A stretch of 63,891 nucleotides of DNA, filler included, from Octopus bimaculoides (GCF_001194135.2; 3 parts of 3 records of this genome joined end to end with filler, not necessarily neighbours in it), one strand, 5' to 3'; positions 1 to 11,473 are shown, numbered from the whole stretch's first letter. The notes: a model not told the origin generated them from the letters alone. Program-made: numbers and translations.

Positions 1-6
1 GTTGGG

Positions 7-8
<2 letters not shown>

Positions 9-45
<37 letters not shown>

Positions 46-50
46 GTCGT
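9..50. repeat. (GGTCGT)n hexamer microsatellite
   Basis: About 6 tandem GGTCGT units read directly. Confidence 0.9.
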
Positions 51-157
51 GATGATGGCATTGGGAGGGATGGTCAGGTGTTTCTTGTCACGGGGTGATG
101 GGGACTGTTTGAGTTTCGGTCGTTGAGCGAATATTTGTGGCTTTGACCAAATTCATT

Positions 158-219
158 CCAGATCAAATAAACCTATAATCGATAGCCTCCTGATTGAATA
201 AACCTTTAATCAATAGCCT
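158..219. repeat. 31-bp tandem duplication (2 diverged copies)
   Basis: ccagatcaaataaacctataatcgatagcct followed by cctgattgaataaacctttaatcaatagcct. Confidence 0.8.
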
Positions 220-930
220 TTTCTAACATCTAAATTAATATCGGTCAATATGTCTTTCCTTTTCTTTAAGTCTCTAAGTTCTCGATTTGGAAGGAAATCG
301 CTTGCTATTTCTCGTTTGTCTCGCGCCAATGTCAAATCCACATAGATCCGTAAACCACTTTTTTAAAGTTATTATAGACGTTGTTTGGAATCAGAAATTT
401 TGGAAGAATTCCTATAACATAAATACTAAGATTTAATCGTTGGCTGACAATATTTTACGAGCGTTTTAATCTAATATTTATTATTTGTTTACTTGTTTAG
501 ACAACTTGCTTCCACAATCTTGGCGACAACAGTAAGAAATCATCCCGGCGCCTCTTTCAATTTATATATAGACCTTACTATTCTAAATATACAACATATG
601 TACATCACTTCAAAAACTCTCTCTCTCTCTCTCTCTCTTGAACCCAAACAGCTACCATCACCGTGACAAAAATCACTTAGACCAGCTCTCCCGATACCAT
701 CATCAGCATATATCCACTGCCAAAACCACCAACACCACCACCGCCATCAGGCGCAGGAGTGGGTGTGTGGTAAGTAGCTTGCTTACCAACGAAATGATTC
801 CGGGTTCAGCAATCCCACTGCGTGGCACCTTGGGCAAGTGTCTTTTACTATAGCCTCGAGCCGACCAAAGCCTTGTGAGTGGATTTGGTAGACGGAAACT
901 GAAAGAAGCCCGTCGCATATATATATATGC

Positions 931-1117
931 GACGTTGACTGAACACTATTCAATTTTTTTTTCTCCGTGTTTTTCTCCTTGTCTCCGTATTCTTTCTGTT
1001 GAAGAGCGTAGCTCGAAACGTCAAAGACTTTCCGTATTCCCGAGCGTCATACTAATATATACTTTTGTTATTTACACCACCTGTCCTCGTCTGTTGTTAT
1101 TATTTGTATATTCTCCC
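931..1117 (+). mobile_element. Penelope-like LTR-type fragment (family P2) inserted in (TA)n
   Basis: Near-identical copy on the minus strand at 15276-15470; both abut (TA)n; contains a hammerhead motif. Penelope assignment is inferred from that motif and the TA-rich target. Confidence 0.65.
991..1027 (+). ncRNA. Minimal type-I hammerhead ribozyme motif (CUGUUGA variant)
   Basis: UCUUU-CUGUUGA-A-GAGC(GUA)GCUC-GAA-ACGU-C-AAAGA: 5-bp stem I, 4-bp stem II, palindromic ACGU helix III, GUC cleavage triplet. Confidence 0.7.
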
Positions 1118-1159
1118 ATATATATATATATACATATATATATACATATATATATATAT

Positions 1160-1350
1160 AACGAAGAACAAACACAAAACCAACAACGCGAGTATGTGGT
1201 ACATGTAAAGTATTAGCAGACGCTCAAGAAAGGAAAGAAAGGTGGCTTAACGTTTCGAGCAAAGCTCTTCTTCGGAAACAGAGGTAAGTCCAATAGAAAA
1301 GGAAGACGGATAAAAAAATCGCCAACGATTCACATGTGGTTACATTTTGA
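1160..1350 (-). mobile_element. Second Penelope-like LTR-type fragment (family P3) with a degenerate hammerhead at 1245-1279
   Basis: Minus strand reads GUUU-CCGAAGA-A-GAGC(UUU)GCUC-GAA-ACGU-U-AAGC; flanked by (TA)n. Confidence 0.55.
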
Positions 1351-1624
1351 TATACGTATGTTTGCGCGTGTGCGTGCGCGCGAGCGTGTGTGTGTACGTG
1401 TGTTTGTGGGTCTGTGTTTCTACCCGCAACGTCGCTTGACAACCGATACTGGTGTGTTTACGAACTCGTAACTTAATGGTTCGGCAAACAGAGACCAATA
1501 GTATAAGTAATAGGCTTACAAAGAATAAGTCCAGGGGTAGATTTGCTCAACTAAAGGTGGTGCTTCAGCATGGCCACAATCAAATGTCTGAAAAAAAGAA
1601 TACATGTGTGTGTGTGTCTGTAAT

Positions 1625-1880
1625 AGGCACAGGCATGGCAGTATTGTTAAGGAGTTCACCTCGCAACTTCTTCGTTCTGGGTTCGATCCCAACGTGCGGA
1701 ACTTCCTCTTTGGCTTGTTTCAGTTATCAGAATGCGACCATGCTGGGGCACCGCCTTCAAGAAATTTTAGCCGAATGGATCGACCCAAGTACTTATTTAT
1801 TTTAAAGCTTGGTGCATAATCTTTTGCTGAACCGCTAGGTGACTGATACGTAAACACACCAACACCGATTGTTAAAGTCA
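1625..1880. mobile_element. Decayed SINE family A pieces (head on +, tail on -)
   Basis: tRNA-like head GGGTTCGATCCC at about 1680, followed by the reverse complement of the family A tail. Confidence 0.6.
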
Positions 1881-2001
1881 CAGCCGTGTATAGACACATG
1901 CGTGTATGCGTGTGTTTTTGTGCTCTTCCTCTATCTCTCTATCTCTCTGTCACTCTCTCTCTCACCCTCTCTCTCTCTCACTCTTTCTATCTCTCTCTCT
2001 A

Positions 2002-2045
<44 letters not shown>

Positions 2046-2847
2046 CATATATNNNNNNNNNNNNNNNNNNNNNNNNNNNNNNNNNNNNNNNNNNNNNNNN
2101 NNNNNNNNNNNNNNNNNNNNNNNNNNNNNNNNNNNNNNNNNNNNNNNNNNNNNNNNNNNNNNNNNNNNNNNNNNNNNNNNNNNNNNNNNNNNNNNNNNNN
2201 NNNNNNNNNNNNNNNNNNNNNNNNNNNNNNNNNNNNNNNNNNNNNNNNNNNNNNNNNNNNNNNNNNNNNNNNNNNNNNNNNNNNNNNNNNNNNNNNNNNN
2301 NNNNNNNNNNNNNNNNNNNNNNNNNNNNNNNNNNNNNNNNNNNNNNNNNNNNNNNNNNNNNNNNNNNNNNNNNNNNNNNNNNNNNNNNNNNNNNNNNNNN
2401 NNNNNNNNNNNNNNNNNNNNNNNNNNNNNNNNNNNNNNNNNNNNNNNNNNNNNNNNNNNNNNNNNNNNNNNNNNNNNNNNNNNNNNNNNNNNNNNNNNNN
2501 NNNNNNNNNNNNNNNNNNNNNNNNNNNNNNNNNNNNNNNNNNNNNNNNNNNNNNNNNNNNNNNNNNNNNNNNNNNNNNNNNNNNNNNNNNNNNNNNNNNN
2601 NNNNNNNNNNNNNNNNNNNNNNNNNNNNNNNNNNNNNNNNNNNNNNNNNNNNNNNNNNNNNNNNNNNNNNNNNNNNNNNNNNNNNNNNNNNNNNNNNNNN
2701 NNNNNNNNNNNNNNNNNNNNNNNNNNNNNNNNNNNNNNNNNNNNNNNNNNNNNNNNNNNNNNNNNNNNNNNNNNNNNNNNNNNNNNNNNNNNNNNNNNNN
2801 NNNNNNNNNNNNNNNNNNNNNNNNNNNNNNNNNNNNNNNNNNNNNNN

Positions 2848-3103
2848 TGTCGTATTTCTGTAATTTCAACCAATCACTGACGTCCATTCAGCCGATATAC
2901 ATTAAGTGCCGACTACATAAACAAACGATTCTGAAACAATTCTATCGGTAATAGGGTTAGGGTTACGGTTAGGATTAGGGTAAAACAGCAAATTTAAAAA
3001 GAAAAAAGCAAATAAAACGAAGCTATGGCTTAATCAGCCAAAGGAGTAAATGTAAACAACTGAATACTTGTCAGTGATTGGTTGAAATTATCGAAATAAG
3101 ACA
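2848..3103. mobile_element. MITE-like inverted-repeat element with internal telomere-like TTAGGG units
   Basis: About 44-bp imperfect inverted repeats at 2848-2891 and 3060-3103; tagggttagggttacggttaggattagggt at 2952-2981. Confidence 0.6.
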
Positions 3104-3619
3104 ATTTTCTACATGAAATAAATTCGAATACAAAAATATTTTTCTGTTCTATAACACAAAATAGATAAGTATACGAAGTTTGAAAGTCTTTCCGTACCAA
3201 AAACACTACGTAAAACATTAGTGAAAAATGTGGCCCCCGTTTTAAAAAAGATCCAGTTTTTAAGATTTCATTCATATTTCTTGAAGAATTTTCATTAATT
3301 AAGAAATCTTTCTTAAAGGATAAGACAGTCATTAAATAATTTCGGATAAATACTAAATGGGGTTTATAAATACCGGTGAATAAAGCACAAAGAGATGACG
3401 CGACTCCTCCACATAACTGCTGTGATAAATTGGCTTGCTTTGGATAGCTACAAAAATGAGTATAAAGTGTCAAGGAATTACTTATAATAAATGGCAAATT
3501 CAAGCAAAAAGTCGACCAGTAGAGAGAAAGCTTATCCAGTCATGCCAATGTCATGAACAGTCATACTCGCGACGAATGACGGCAGATGATAATAATAATG
3601 ATAAGGATATTATACCTAG

Positions 3620-3850
3620 AAAGGCTAGCGTTTCTGCTACCTCGCCAGGCGAAATGCTGAGCGGTACTTCGTCTGTCTTTACTTTCTGAGTTCAAATTCC
3701 GCCGAGGTCGACTTTGCCTTTCATCCTTTCGGGGTCGATTATATATGTACCAGTTATGCACTGGGGTCGATGTAATCGATTTAATCCCTTTATCTGTCCT
3801 TCTTTGTCCCCTCTATGTTTAGCCCCCCTGTGGGCAATAAAAACATAAAT
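3620..3850 (+). mobile_element. tRNA-derived SINE family B (long-tail variant)
   Basis: Core GAGTTCAAATTCCGCCGAGGTCGACTTTGCCTTTCATCCTTTCGGGGTCGAT shared by more than 20 copies in the window; resembles the MetaSINE Meta domain (recalled, not searched). Confidence 0.85.
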
Positions 3851-3874
3851 AATGATAATGCTATTATACTTATA

Positions 3875-4066
3875 AAGGCGACGAGCTGGCAGAAACGTTA
3901 GAACGCCGGGCGGAATTCTTAGCGGTATTTCCTGTTTTTGCGTTCTGAGTTCAAATTCTGCGAGGTCGACTTTACCTCCCATCCTTTTTGGGTCGATAAA
4001 TTAAGTACCAGTTGTGTACTGGACTCGATCTCGTCAACGGTCCTTGTGCCTAGAGTAGAAAAGAAT
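3875..4066 (+). mobile_element. SINE family B (short-tail variant), directly after the previous copy
   Basis: Same core; tail ends gtgcctagagtagaaaagaat. Confidence 0.85.
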
Positions 4067-4584
4067 AATATTATACTCAGAGTATAATATTCATCTTCCT
4101 AGTCTATGGATCCCGGTCTTCCGTTTGTAATTTTTCCTCAATAGCGAAAAACAGCACACCTTGTACACCAGTAAATCTCTATCGTTTTTATTGTTTCAAC
4201 AGTTCTGTAGAATTAATGAAAGGAAGGATTTTTCTTAAATGTGTTCGTAGCCTGTACGAGGTTTTAATTCTGGAAAGAGATTTTGTAATAGCAGACAGAC
4301 TAATTTGTCAAATTTTTGTCCCGAGATGGTTTTTTCATAATCAATTATTCAACAGTAATTAATATTAAGCTTTGGTTTAATTAGGAAGACGTTAACTAAT
4401 CTTATTTTCATGCCCATTTCGATTTCTGATTCAACGGTAATTGCTTTATTTTAATCTCGAGTTTTCTCTAGTGGAAGAGTAATGAGTATAAACTAATTGC
4501 TACGTGTTACATAGAAAACTCTGTCTACACAAATAAATATAGGATTCATAAGCTAAATCATAATGTCATATAAATATAAATTAC

Positions 4585-4781
4585 CAATGTCACATCCTCA
4601 TATACGACAGCAATGTGCAGAAATAACAGTGAAATACAGATATCTATCGCTCTCGTTTATCTCTGGGGGTCATTCGTTTCGCTTGACTTTGGAGTATACT
4701 GTGCCTTTTAACACTATGTCTTTAAAAGGAGCTTCTCCGAATGAAATACCGCAATACGCATAGACTAAGTATGTGACATTG
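4585..4781. mobile_element. Possible small decayed MITE
   Basis: 11-bp perfect terminal inverted repeat (TIR) caatgtcacat / atgtgacattg, extending imperfectly inward. Confidence 0.35.
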
Positions 4782-5094
4782 ATAATGTTTACGTTACAGA
4801 ACTGCTTCTAATACCAAATTCGAAATATGAGTTACTTCCCGTGTCATATAAAAGATTGATCGATAAATAGAAACCAAAATATGAACAATTACTCTGTTCA
4901 ATATATATCATTGGATATTGATTCGGCAAATATAGTTGATATAACTACTATTATACAAATTACAGTCAATTTATTTCATCTGGAGTATTTTCGTCTGGAT
5001 TAGTATATCTGTTTGCATTTAGGTATGAAAAGAAAGCGTAGATTGCTCATATAAATCATTTCAAGCTTTTTTTATAATCTGGTACTCTTGTTCA

Positions 5095-5665
5095 CAGAAG
5101 ACGCAGGATGCTTGAAGGAGATGAAAAGGCGAATAGTATTGGAAAATCCTGCATTCTCCAAATTGTATAACATCTTGAGAAACCGTACTCTGAGTATCAA
5201 GGCCAATACCTGTGTATTGAACTGCTATGTCTACCATGTATTAATGGATGAAAGTGAGGCATAGTCTATGACATCAGGGATGAGAAGGTGCTTAAAGAAC
5301 TGCGAAATGTGGTTCTTAAGGAGATAATGGAGGATTACATGGACAGACAAAATATCTAATGATGAAATGATAACCTGGGCTGCGATAAATAGGAAACTGC
5401 TTTATGAGATAAGGGCCAAGCATCTGAGATTTCTTGGTCATGTGATGAGCAAAAAAGGGTCTGGAGAATTTAGAGTGATGACTGGAAAGATAGAAGGGAA
5501 AAGAAGCAGAGAAAAGAGAAGTAAGATATGGATGTCAAGCTTTGATGAATTGGTTACAAGAAAGAAGCATTAAACATCAGGAAGTGGAACTGTTGCAGAA
5601 AACAAAGAACAGAGAATTGTGACGAGACAGGATTGCCTATGTCCTACATTCAGGACATGGTACCT
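5095..5665 (+). mobile_element. RTE-clade LINE, decayed 3' end of ORF
   Basis: Translates with stops to MWFLRR.WRITWTDKISNDEM...IRAKHLRFLGHVM...MTGKIEGKRSREKR, the typical RTE post-RT C-terminus. Confidence 0.85.
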
Positions 5666-6201
5666 AAAAAATAAGAGGTTTTATTCTTACATTTTCAATG
5701 AAATGTCAATTTCATAAACTTGAACCGTAGAAAGACATTATACTAATTGAAGCATTGAGTCGATTCGTTACCGAATATAGCCGTTTCTACGTATATAATG
5801 TAATATATAATGATTTGAAGGCATTTAGGTTGCTTTAAATTAAGAATTGAATATCTGCAAGTCGATTTTATAATCCTGTCTGTCACCTCTGTTGATACAA
5901 ATTCTTTCTAATTTCACAACAAATTCCCTGAGCGACGTATAAAGGTTATAGAATCACATTTATCTTGATTTACAGTAAAACTTTTATATTAAAACACAAT
6001 CAATAAAGCTGTATTTACTTTTAATGACGTCAATTTTTAAACAGCTCCAACACTTAGACACAACTCACCACGGAATATATTTCTTTTGCTGGCTATTATT
6101 CAGATCGAATCTTGATATTCAACATGCTGTCGGTCAACTTTCTTAGACCTTTAGCAAAATGTGTATTTATATCCTTCTTATCTTTTATAGATATTCTGTT
6201 C

Positions 6202-6585
6202 GTGGAGGCACAGTGGCCCAGTGGTTAGGGAAGCGGACTCGCGGTCGTGGGATCGCGGTTTCGATTCCCAGACCGGGTGTTGTGAGTGTTTATTGAGCGA
6301 AAAAACATCTACAGCTCCACGAGGCTCCGTCACGGGGTGGCGGTGAACTCTGCTGTATTCTTTCACCACAACTTTCTCTCACTCTTTCTTCCTGTTTCCG
6401 TTGTACCTGTATTTCAAAGGGCCAGTATTGTCACACACTGTGTCAGGCTGAATCTCCCGAGAACTACGTTAAGGGTACACGTGTCTGTGGAGTGCTCAGC
6501 CACTTGCACATTAATTTCACGAGCAGGCTGTTCCGTTGATCGGATCAACTAGAATCCTCGTCGTCATAACCGAGGGAGTGCCACG
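6202..6585 (+). mobile_element. Full-length tRNA-derived SINE family C
   Basis: A box TGGCCCAGTGG, B box GTTTCGATTCC; second full copy at 49144-49536; TSD tagatattctgttc / tagttattctgttc. Confidence 0.9.
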
Positions 6586-6596
6586 ATAGTTATTCT

Positions 6597-6828
6597 TATT
6601 TCTTTATTGCCCTCAATGGGCTAAACATAGCGGGGACAAACAAGGACAGACAAAGGGATTAAGTCGATAGCATCGACTCCAGTGCGTTACTGGTACTTAA
6701 TTTATCGACGCCGAAAGGATGAAAGGCAAAGTCGACCTCGGTGGAATTTAAACTCAGAACGTAACGGCAGACGAAATGCCGATAAGCATTTCGCCCGGCG
6801 CGCTAACGTTTCTGCCATCTCACCTCCT
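6597..6828 (-). mobile_element. SINE family B with 10-bp TSD
   Basis: tagttattct at 6587-6596 and 6829-6838. Confidence 0.9.
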
Positions 6829-7879
6829 TAGTTATTCTGTTCATTTGTCTTCTGACTTGCTTAGTGCCTAATGAAAGCTATAAAATTTCTAATACTCTCA
6901 ATATATCGATAACGCCAAGATTCTAATCCACCGAGTTGTGCTCTATCTTACCCCTAAATTTTATTTAACAATTTAGAAATATATTATTACGTGCAGAGTT
7001 GATTTTCATGGCATATATTGCAGTTAGACGTTCGATTTCCTTAATCAAGTAGAAAAAAATCACTTCACCCGGAAAACACAGCTACGAAATCCACGGTAAT
7101 ATTGTTCAAATTTTTAATTAAGAAACATACCTGTCGAGTGCTATTAACAATCTATATTCACAAAGGGCGCTATCTTCAAAAGACAATGTAATAAAATAAA
7201 ATGCTTCGAATTTTGTCAGTTGACCAAAGCAAATATTGGAAGAATGAAAATTTTAATTCAAAACACAATTCCTGCCCAACCCCCAAAATTGACATATTGT
7301 AACTAATTTTAAAATTGGAACATTAATAAAGAGAATTGTAATAAGGGAATGCTCGACAAGTCACACTTCAATATAACCAAATCCTCATTGAGTCCGGTTT
7401 CTTAGAAATTTGCAAGAAACATTAATTAAATAGAACGAACATTGCATAAGGAATCAATAGTTATTGATCAGTTGGAATCCAAGATTAGTGTTTTGTTTTT
7501 GGTTTTGTCTCATGGGTCAATGACGTGGTTCGTCTCTTTAAAGTAGAATGGAGTTATAATTTATTGTTAACAAATACTATCTTAAACGTTTAATATCACG
7601 TCTTTGTAAAAATGAAATAGCTTTCGACTGCTTTGATTTAGCGTACCGACAAACATACATACATGCATGCATGCAGAGAGAGTGTGTGCATGTGCATGCG
7701 TGTGTTATATGTGAGTACAGAAGGCAAATATGTAGACGCATCTAAAGGAATTCTCAGAGGCATAATGCAACGAACTCTCTTATAACCAACGTCAATTAAT
7801 GCTCACATGCATCTCATTTTAAAACACGCAAATAGACTGAACAATTTTCCTGAATGTTCTGTTGGTGCTTTATATACAC

Positions 7880-8035
7880 AGCAACACATTTCACTAACTG
7901 GCACTCCGTCTGTAGCGACGGTGAGAGTTCCATTTGATACGATCAACATAACAGCTTGCTCGTGAAATTAACTTGTATGTGGCTGAGCAATCCACAGAAA
8001 TGCGGAACCCTTAACGTAGTTCTCGGGGATATTCA
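7880..8035 (-). mobile_element. 5'-truncated SINE family C tail
   Basis: Reverse complement of the family C 3' end (ggcactccgtc...cccttaacgtagttctcggggatattca); a similar fragment lies at about 22795-22905. Confidence 0.7.
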
Positions 8036-8059
8036 TAATGATACAGAATGTGAGAAAGC

Positions 8060-8220
8060 TGTCCCTGTGAAATATGGGCGCTACTCATTGGACTGGAACA
8101 ACGTGAAACAAAGTTGTCCTGCTCAAGAACACAACGCACCGCCGCATATTGAACTGACAACCTTACGATCATGAGTCGAGTACCGTAACCACGAAACCAC
8201 GAAGCCACGCGTCTTCACTG
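8060..8220 (-). mobile_element. Decayed tRNA/CORE-like SINE head (family D related)
   Basis: Minus strand has a tRNA-like head then gtgttcttgagcaggacaactttgtttcacgttg; related pieces at about 38640-38775, 41510-41640, 56275-56420 and 62695-62780. Confidence 0.55.
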
Positions 8221-8288
8221 CGGCACATTAAAAAATATGAGATCCAAACACGTCGCAACAATAAAGTTTCGGGTAAAGGAGCTCTTAC

Positions 8289-8352
8289 CTGCCCGTTCCT
8301 TCAGATCACACTCTGCTTCCTTAGAAAGAAATGCGATGCAGTTTCGATAGTC
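8289..8352 (-). CDS. Candidate 64-nt host exon, DYRNCIAFLSKEAECDLKERA(G), ankyrin-repeat-like
   Basis: Acceptor gtgtttttag, strong donor AG|GTAAG, open frame that aligns without gaps to the second half of the ankyrin consensus. Confidence 0.35.
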
Positions 8353-8461
8353 CTAAAAACACTGGATAGTGACCATCTGTGAGAGTAGGCGACTGCAGAA
8401 TATAATCATTATTAAGAGGCTTTTATAATGCACACAGACGTAAAGTTAATTTATTCAAGTG

Positions 8462-8640
8462 ATGGCACATGGCCAGCAATTTTGAGGGGAAACGACAAAT
8501 CGGTTACATCGGAGCAGGGACTTGGCTGGTCCTATATTTTATCGATACCGAAAGGATGAAAGGCAAAATCGGATTGACGGGACTTGTTCTCAGAACGTAA
8601 GGAAGAAATGCCGCTAACTTTCTTTGTCCGACCCGTTAAC
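8462..8640 (-). mobile_element. Decayed SINE family B
   Basis: ccgaaaggatgaaaggcaaa core on the minus strand. Confidence 0.7.
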
Positions 8641-10145
8641 AGTAGGCTATCTCAAAACCTTACACAAATAAAATAAAATAATACAAAAGGAAGTAACATA
8701 CATACGCAAAACACACACACACACACATACACACATATCTGTACAGTATAAATTCTGTCACACACGTGAAAATATCCAGACAAAATTATTAGTAATTTAC
8801 GTTTGTTAAATACAATGACTGAAGGAACAGTAATCCTCATAATCAGAGATGAAGTTTGGGAATCTCAGACACAACCCAGTCGTTGTATCTTTATCCTCTT
8901 TTCACGATGAATAGGGTTGGTGGGCGCTGGGATCTTTTCCTAACCAGTTTCTTGTCAAGGTAAACTCCTTTAACGTCCACCTATTTGTACGCTCTTACAG
9001 ACAGAATGCGTCTACGCTCTGTGTTGTGCTTCTCCAAGTCTAATCGATTTCCAAGATGGCCTCCACCATCGTTATCTGTAGGCACATTAGGGCCTTCGCA
9101 TACGAATATACTTTTAAGAAAAGATAAACAGTATCTCACATCCAGTGGCTTCACAGCTTGTCGGATATTCACCCATAAGTTTTAAGTCCCCATACTTTTG
9201 GAAGATAATCGTTGACCTTCTAATAGATTCATCCGTTCTTTTGTCGAACTGGATATATAGCAACTTTATGAAGGACCCAGTTTAGTTGCCAACGACAATG
9301 ACTATGCAACAGATTGTCTCGGACTACTTGTTATCAGAAGCATTCATTTGCGACAAAACGTTTGCGTGTGCATGTAAATGCGAGCATCTGTGAGTGTTGT
9401 GTACTACGAAAGAACACCGTTTTTGAGGGAGGTGTTGTGTAACCTAGTCGTAATTACTCGAATACGAAGTCCTTAATTAATGGATCGCCTTCGAGCATAA
9501 CACAAGACTGGTCGATCAAAGTTGCAATAGGACAAAACAACTATAACAGCACCACCACCAACAACAAAAACAACGACAACAACCACAGTGACAACGGCGA
9601 AATCAACAAGAACAACCACAACATCGAAACATCCACCGGGTCGTTTCCAGTGATAGTTCTACTCAACCGAACATTATTTTATATTTTATATTTTATAAAA
9701 ACATAATGTGAGTCCATTATTAAGTAACTGTAAAGTCTTCACTGTTTTTCACTCTGGTATTTGTGTTGCATCGGAAGTAAACACAGACATTACTATAACG
9801 ATCCATTCATTCTCGTCTTACTCGATTTTTTGAGATATTACGTTACGTTAATGGCAACACGAAGATTGCTTAAGTTTCTTCAGTTTTTATTTATTTCTTT
9901 ATCGTTTTCAGAGTTAATTTTATTTATTTTCTGCAATTTTGAACGCGCGCTTGTGTGTGTATGTGTGTGTTTGTTTATGTGTGTGATGTGTATGGAATTG
10001 TGTGTGATGTGTATGGAATTGTGTGTGATGTGTAACTGTAATGGCATATGTAAATGTACATAAAACTGATGTAAGTCTACGCATAAACTCTTTTGAATGT
10101 CTGTGCGTTTCGTTACACGTACGTTCCGCGAAAAAATTGCACACG

Positions 10146-10146
<1 letters not shown>

Positions 10147-10216
<70 letters not shown>
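10147..10216. repeat. (GATA)n microsatellite
   Basis: Direct reading; similar tracts at 32456-32492 and 43526-43588. Confidence 0.95.
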
Positions 10217-10218
<2 letters not shown>

Positions 10219-10874
10219 TGTTTCTTAAATAAAAGTAGAGCTTTTCTTTTTGGGAAGAGAAGAGAAGAGAAAAAAAAAACAAGGGTGGGGGTGAAATTCG
10301 ATCAAAAGGGATCGTGGAAAAAAAAGGGGGGAGAAAGCCAATCAATAGGGATCGTGTATCACAGAAATGCCATAATGTAAAATGGGAAAAGAGATTAGGT
10401 TTATCTGTGGAAAGAAAAGCCTACGGAAAAGACCACCTTGGGCAATAATATCATGCAAAAGAAAGAAACACATTACAGCAAGTGACTCTCTTTTTTCCTT
10501 TCTTTTTTTGGTTCCTAGGGTTATGCTCAAGGTGGCTCGGTCATTCACACCTGCCATCCTTGCTACATTCATCCAACTTTTCTTGAAACATTCACTGGAC
10601 AAAATTTCTCTCTCTATTCTCACCTTCCTTTTCTAGTGATGAGAGATTGACCAGAGAGGAAACTGTTTGTCTCTAAATTTTCAGACGCGTCCACCATACA
10701 CATTCTTTCGCCATAGCCACAAGCCCATGATAAGTAGTTTGAAAATTCAGTGTCCAAAATACACTTTCAGCATCATACTTATTATTACTGGTGCAATAGC
10801 ATACATACCAAACCCGTGTGGATCAAAGTATGGCTGGACTTGGGATCCTGGCGAAAGAATACAAATCCTTAACT

Positions 10875-11202
10875 CGGTGACCCCCCCTTCGGTCAAGATT
10901 GATCATGGGATTGCACCTAGAAAGTTACCTTCCGAGGCACAAGTCCGGGCAAGGTTGTTTATGGAAGACCAGCAGTCGCCCATGCATACCAGCCTCCCCT
11001 CTCCACGCCACCAGTGTTATCGAAGGGAAAGGCAAAGGGGCCGATACAACTTGGTACCAGTGATGTTGCAACTCATTTCTACAGCAACGTGAAATAAAGT
11101 ATCTTGCTCAAGAAGCCAACACGCAGCCCGACCCAGGATTCCAACTCACAACCTCACGATCGTAAGATCGACGTTCTAAACACTGAACCATGCACCTTCA
11201 CT
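10875..11202 (-). mobile_element. tRNA-derived SINE family D (CORE-like middle) with 12-bp TSD
   Basis: Head gtgaaggtgcatggttcagtg...gagttggaatcc; TSD aaatccttaact at 10863-10874 and 11203-11214. Confidence 0.85.
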
Positions 11203-11473
11203 AAATCCTTAACTAATACTACTATAAAGGATCTTAAAATCAAAGAACGACGAACAGAAGAATATTTCCTTCACGACCTTGCTAGCAAGTAGGTGACTGG
11301 TCAAAGGTTATCGTAAATGAAACAGAGAAAGCGAACAAACATGCAAAACACACATACACACACATAACAGGCATACATGCATACATACATATGTGTGTGT
11401 GTGTGTGTGTGTGCAGATGTGTGAGTGTGCATGCAAGTGTGTGCGTGTGTATATGTGCGTTTGTATGTATGTA

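Larger units (their letters stand above)
750..1600 (+). mobile_element. Bipartite tRNA-derived SINE (family A): head 750-916, internal microsatellite carrying two nested insertions, tail about 1405-1600
   Basis: A-box-like GGGTGTGTGG and B-box-like GGTTCAGCAATCC; the same head and tail recur many times in the window separated by (TA)n/(TG)n. Confidence 0.85.

Noticed and set aside
1869-2951. Long ORFs in the supplied track spanning N runs or dinucleotide tracts (here and at 16110, 25178, 28676, 29952, 34269, 43439, 44832, 53960, 60145, 61238)
   Set aside because: They are open only because N and (TA)/(TG)/(GA) repeats lack stop codons; no coding signal.
6202-6275. tRNA-like sequences (also heads at 750, 11130-11202, 49460-49536, 60090-60159)
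   Set aside because: They have A/B boxes but no complete cloverleaf or acceptor stem and run straight into SINE bodies; not tRNA genes.
8981-9185. Overlapping 63-66 aa ORFs on both strands
   Set aside because: No recognisable motif, no convincing donor/acceptor pair, other frames closed.
10519-10650. Strong acceptor followed by GYAQGGSVIHTCHPCY...
   Set aside because: No donor, no recognisable domain, and the polypyrimidine tract is part of a generally T-rich stretch.
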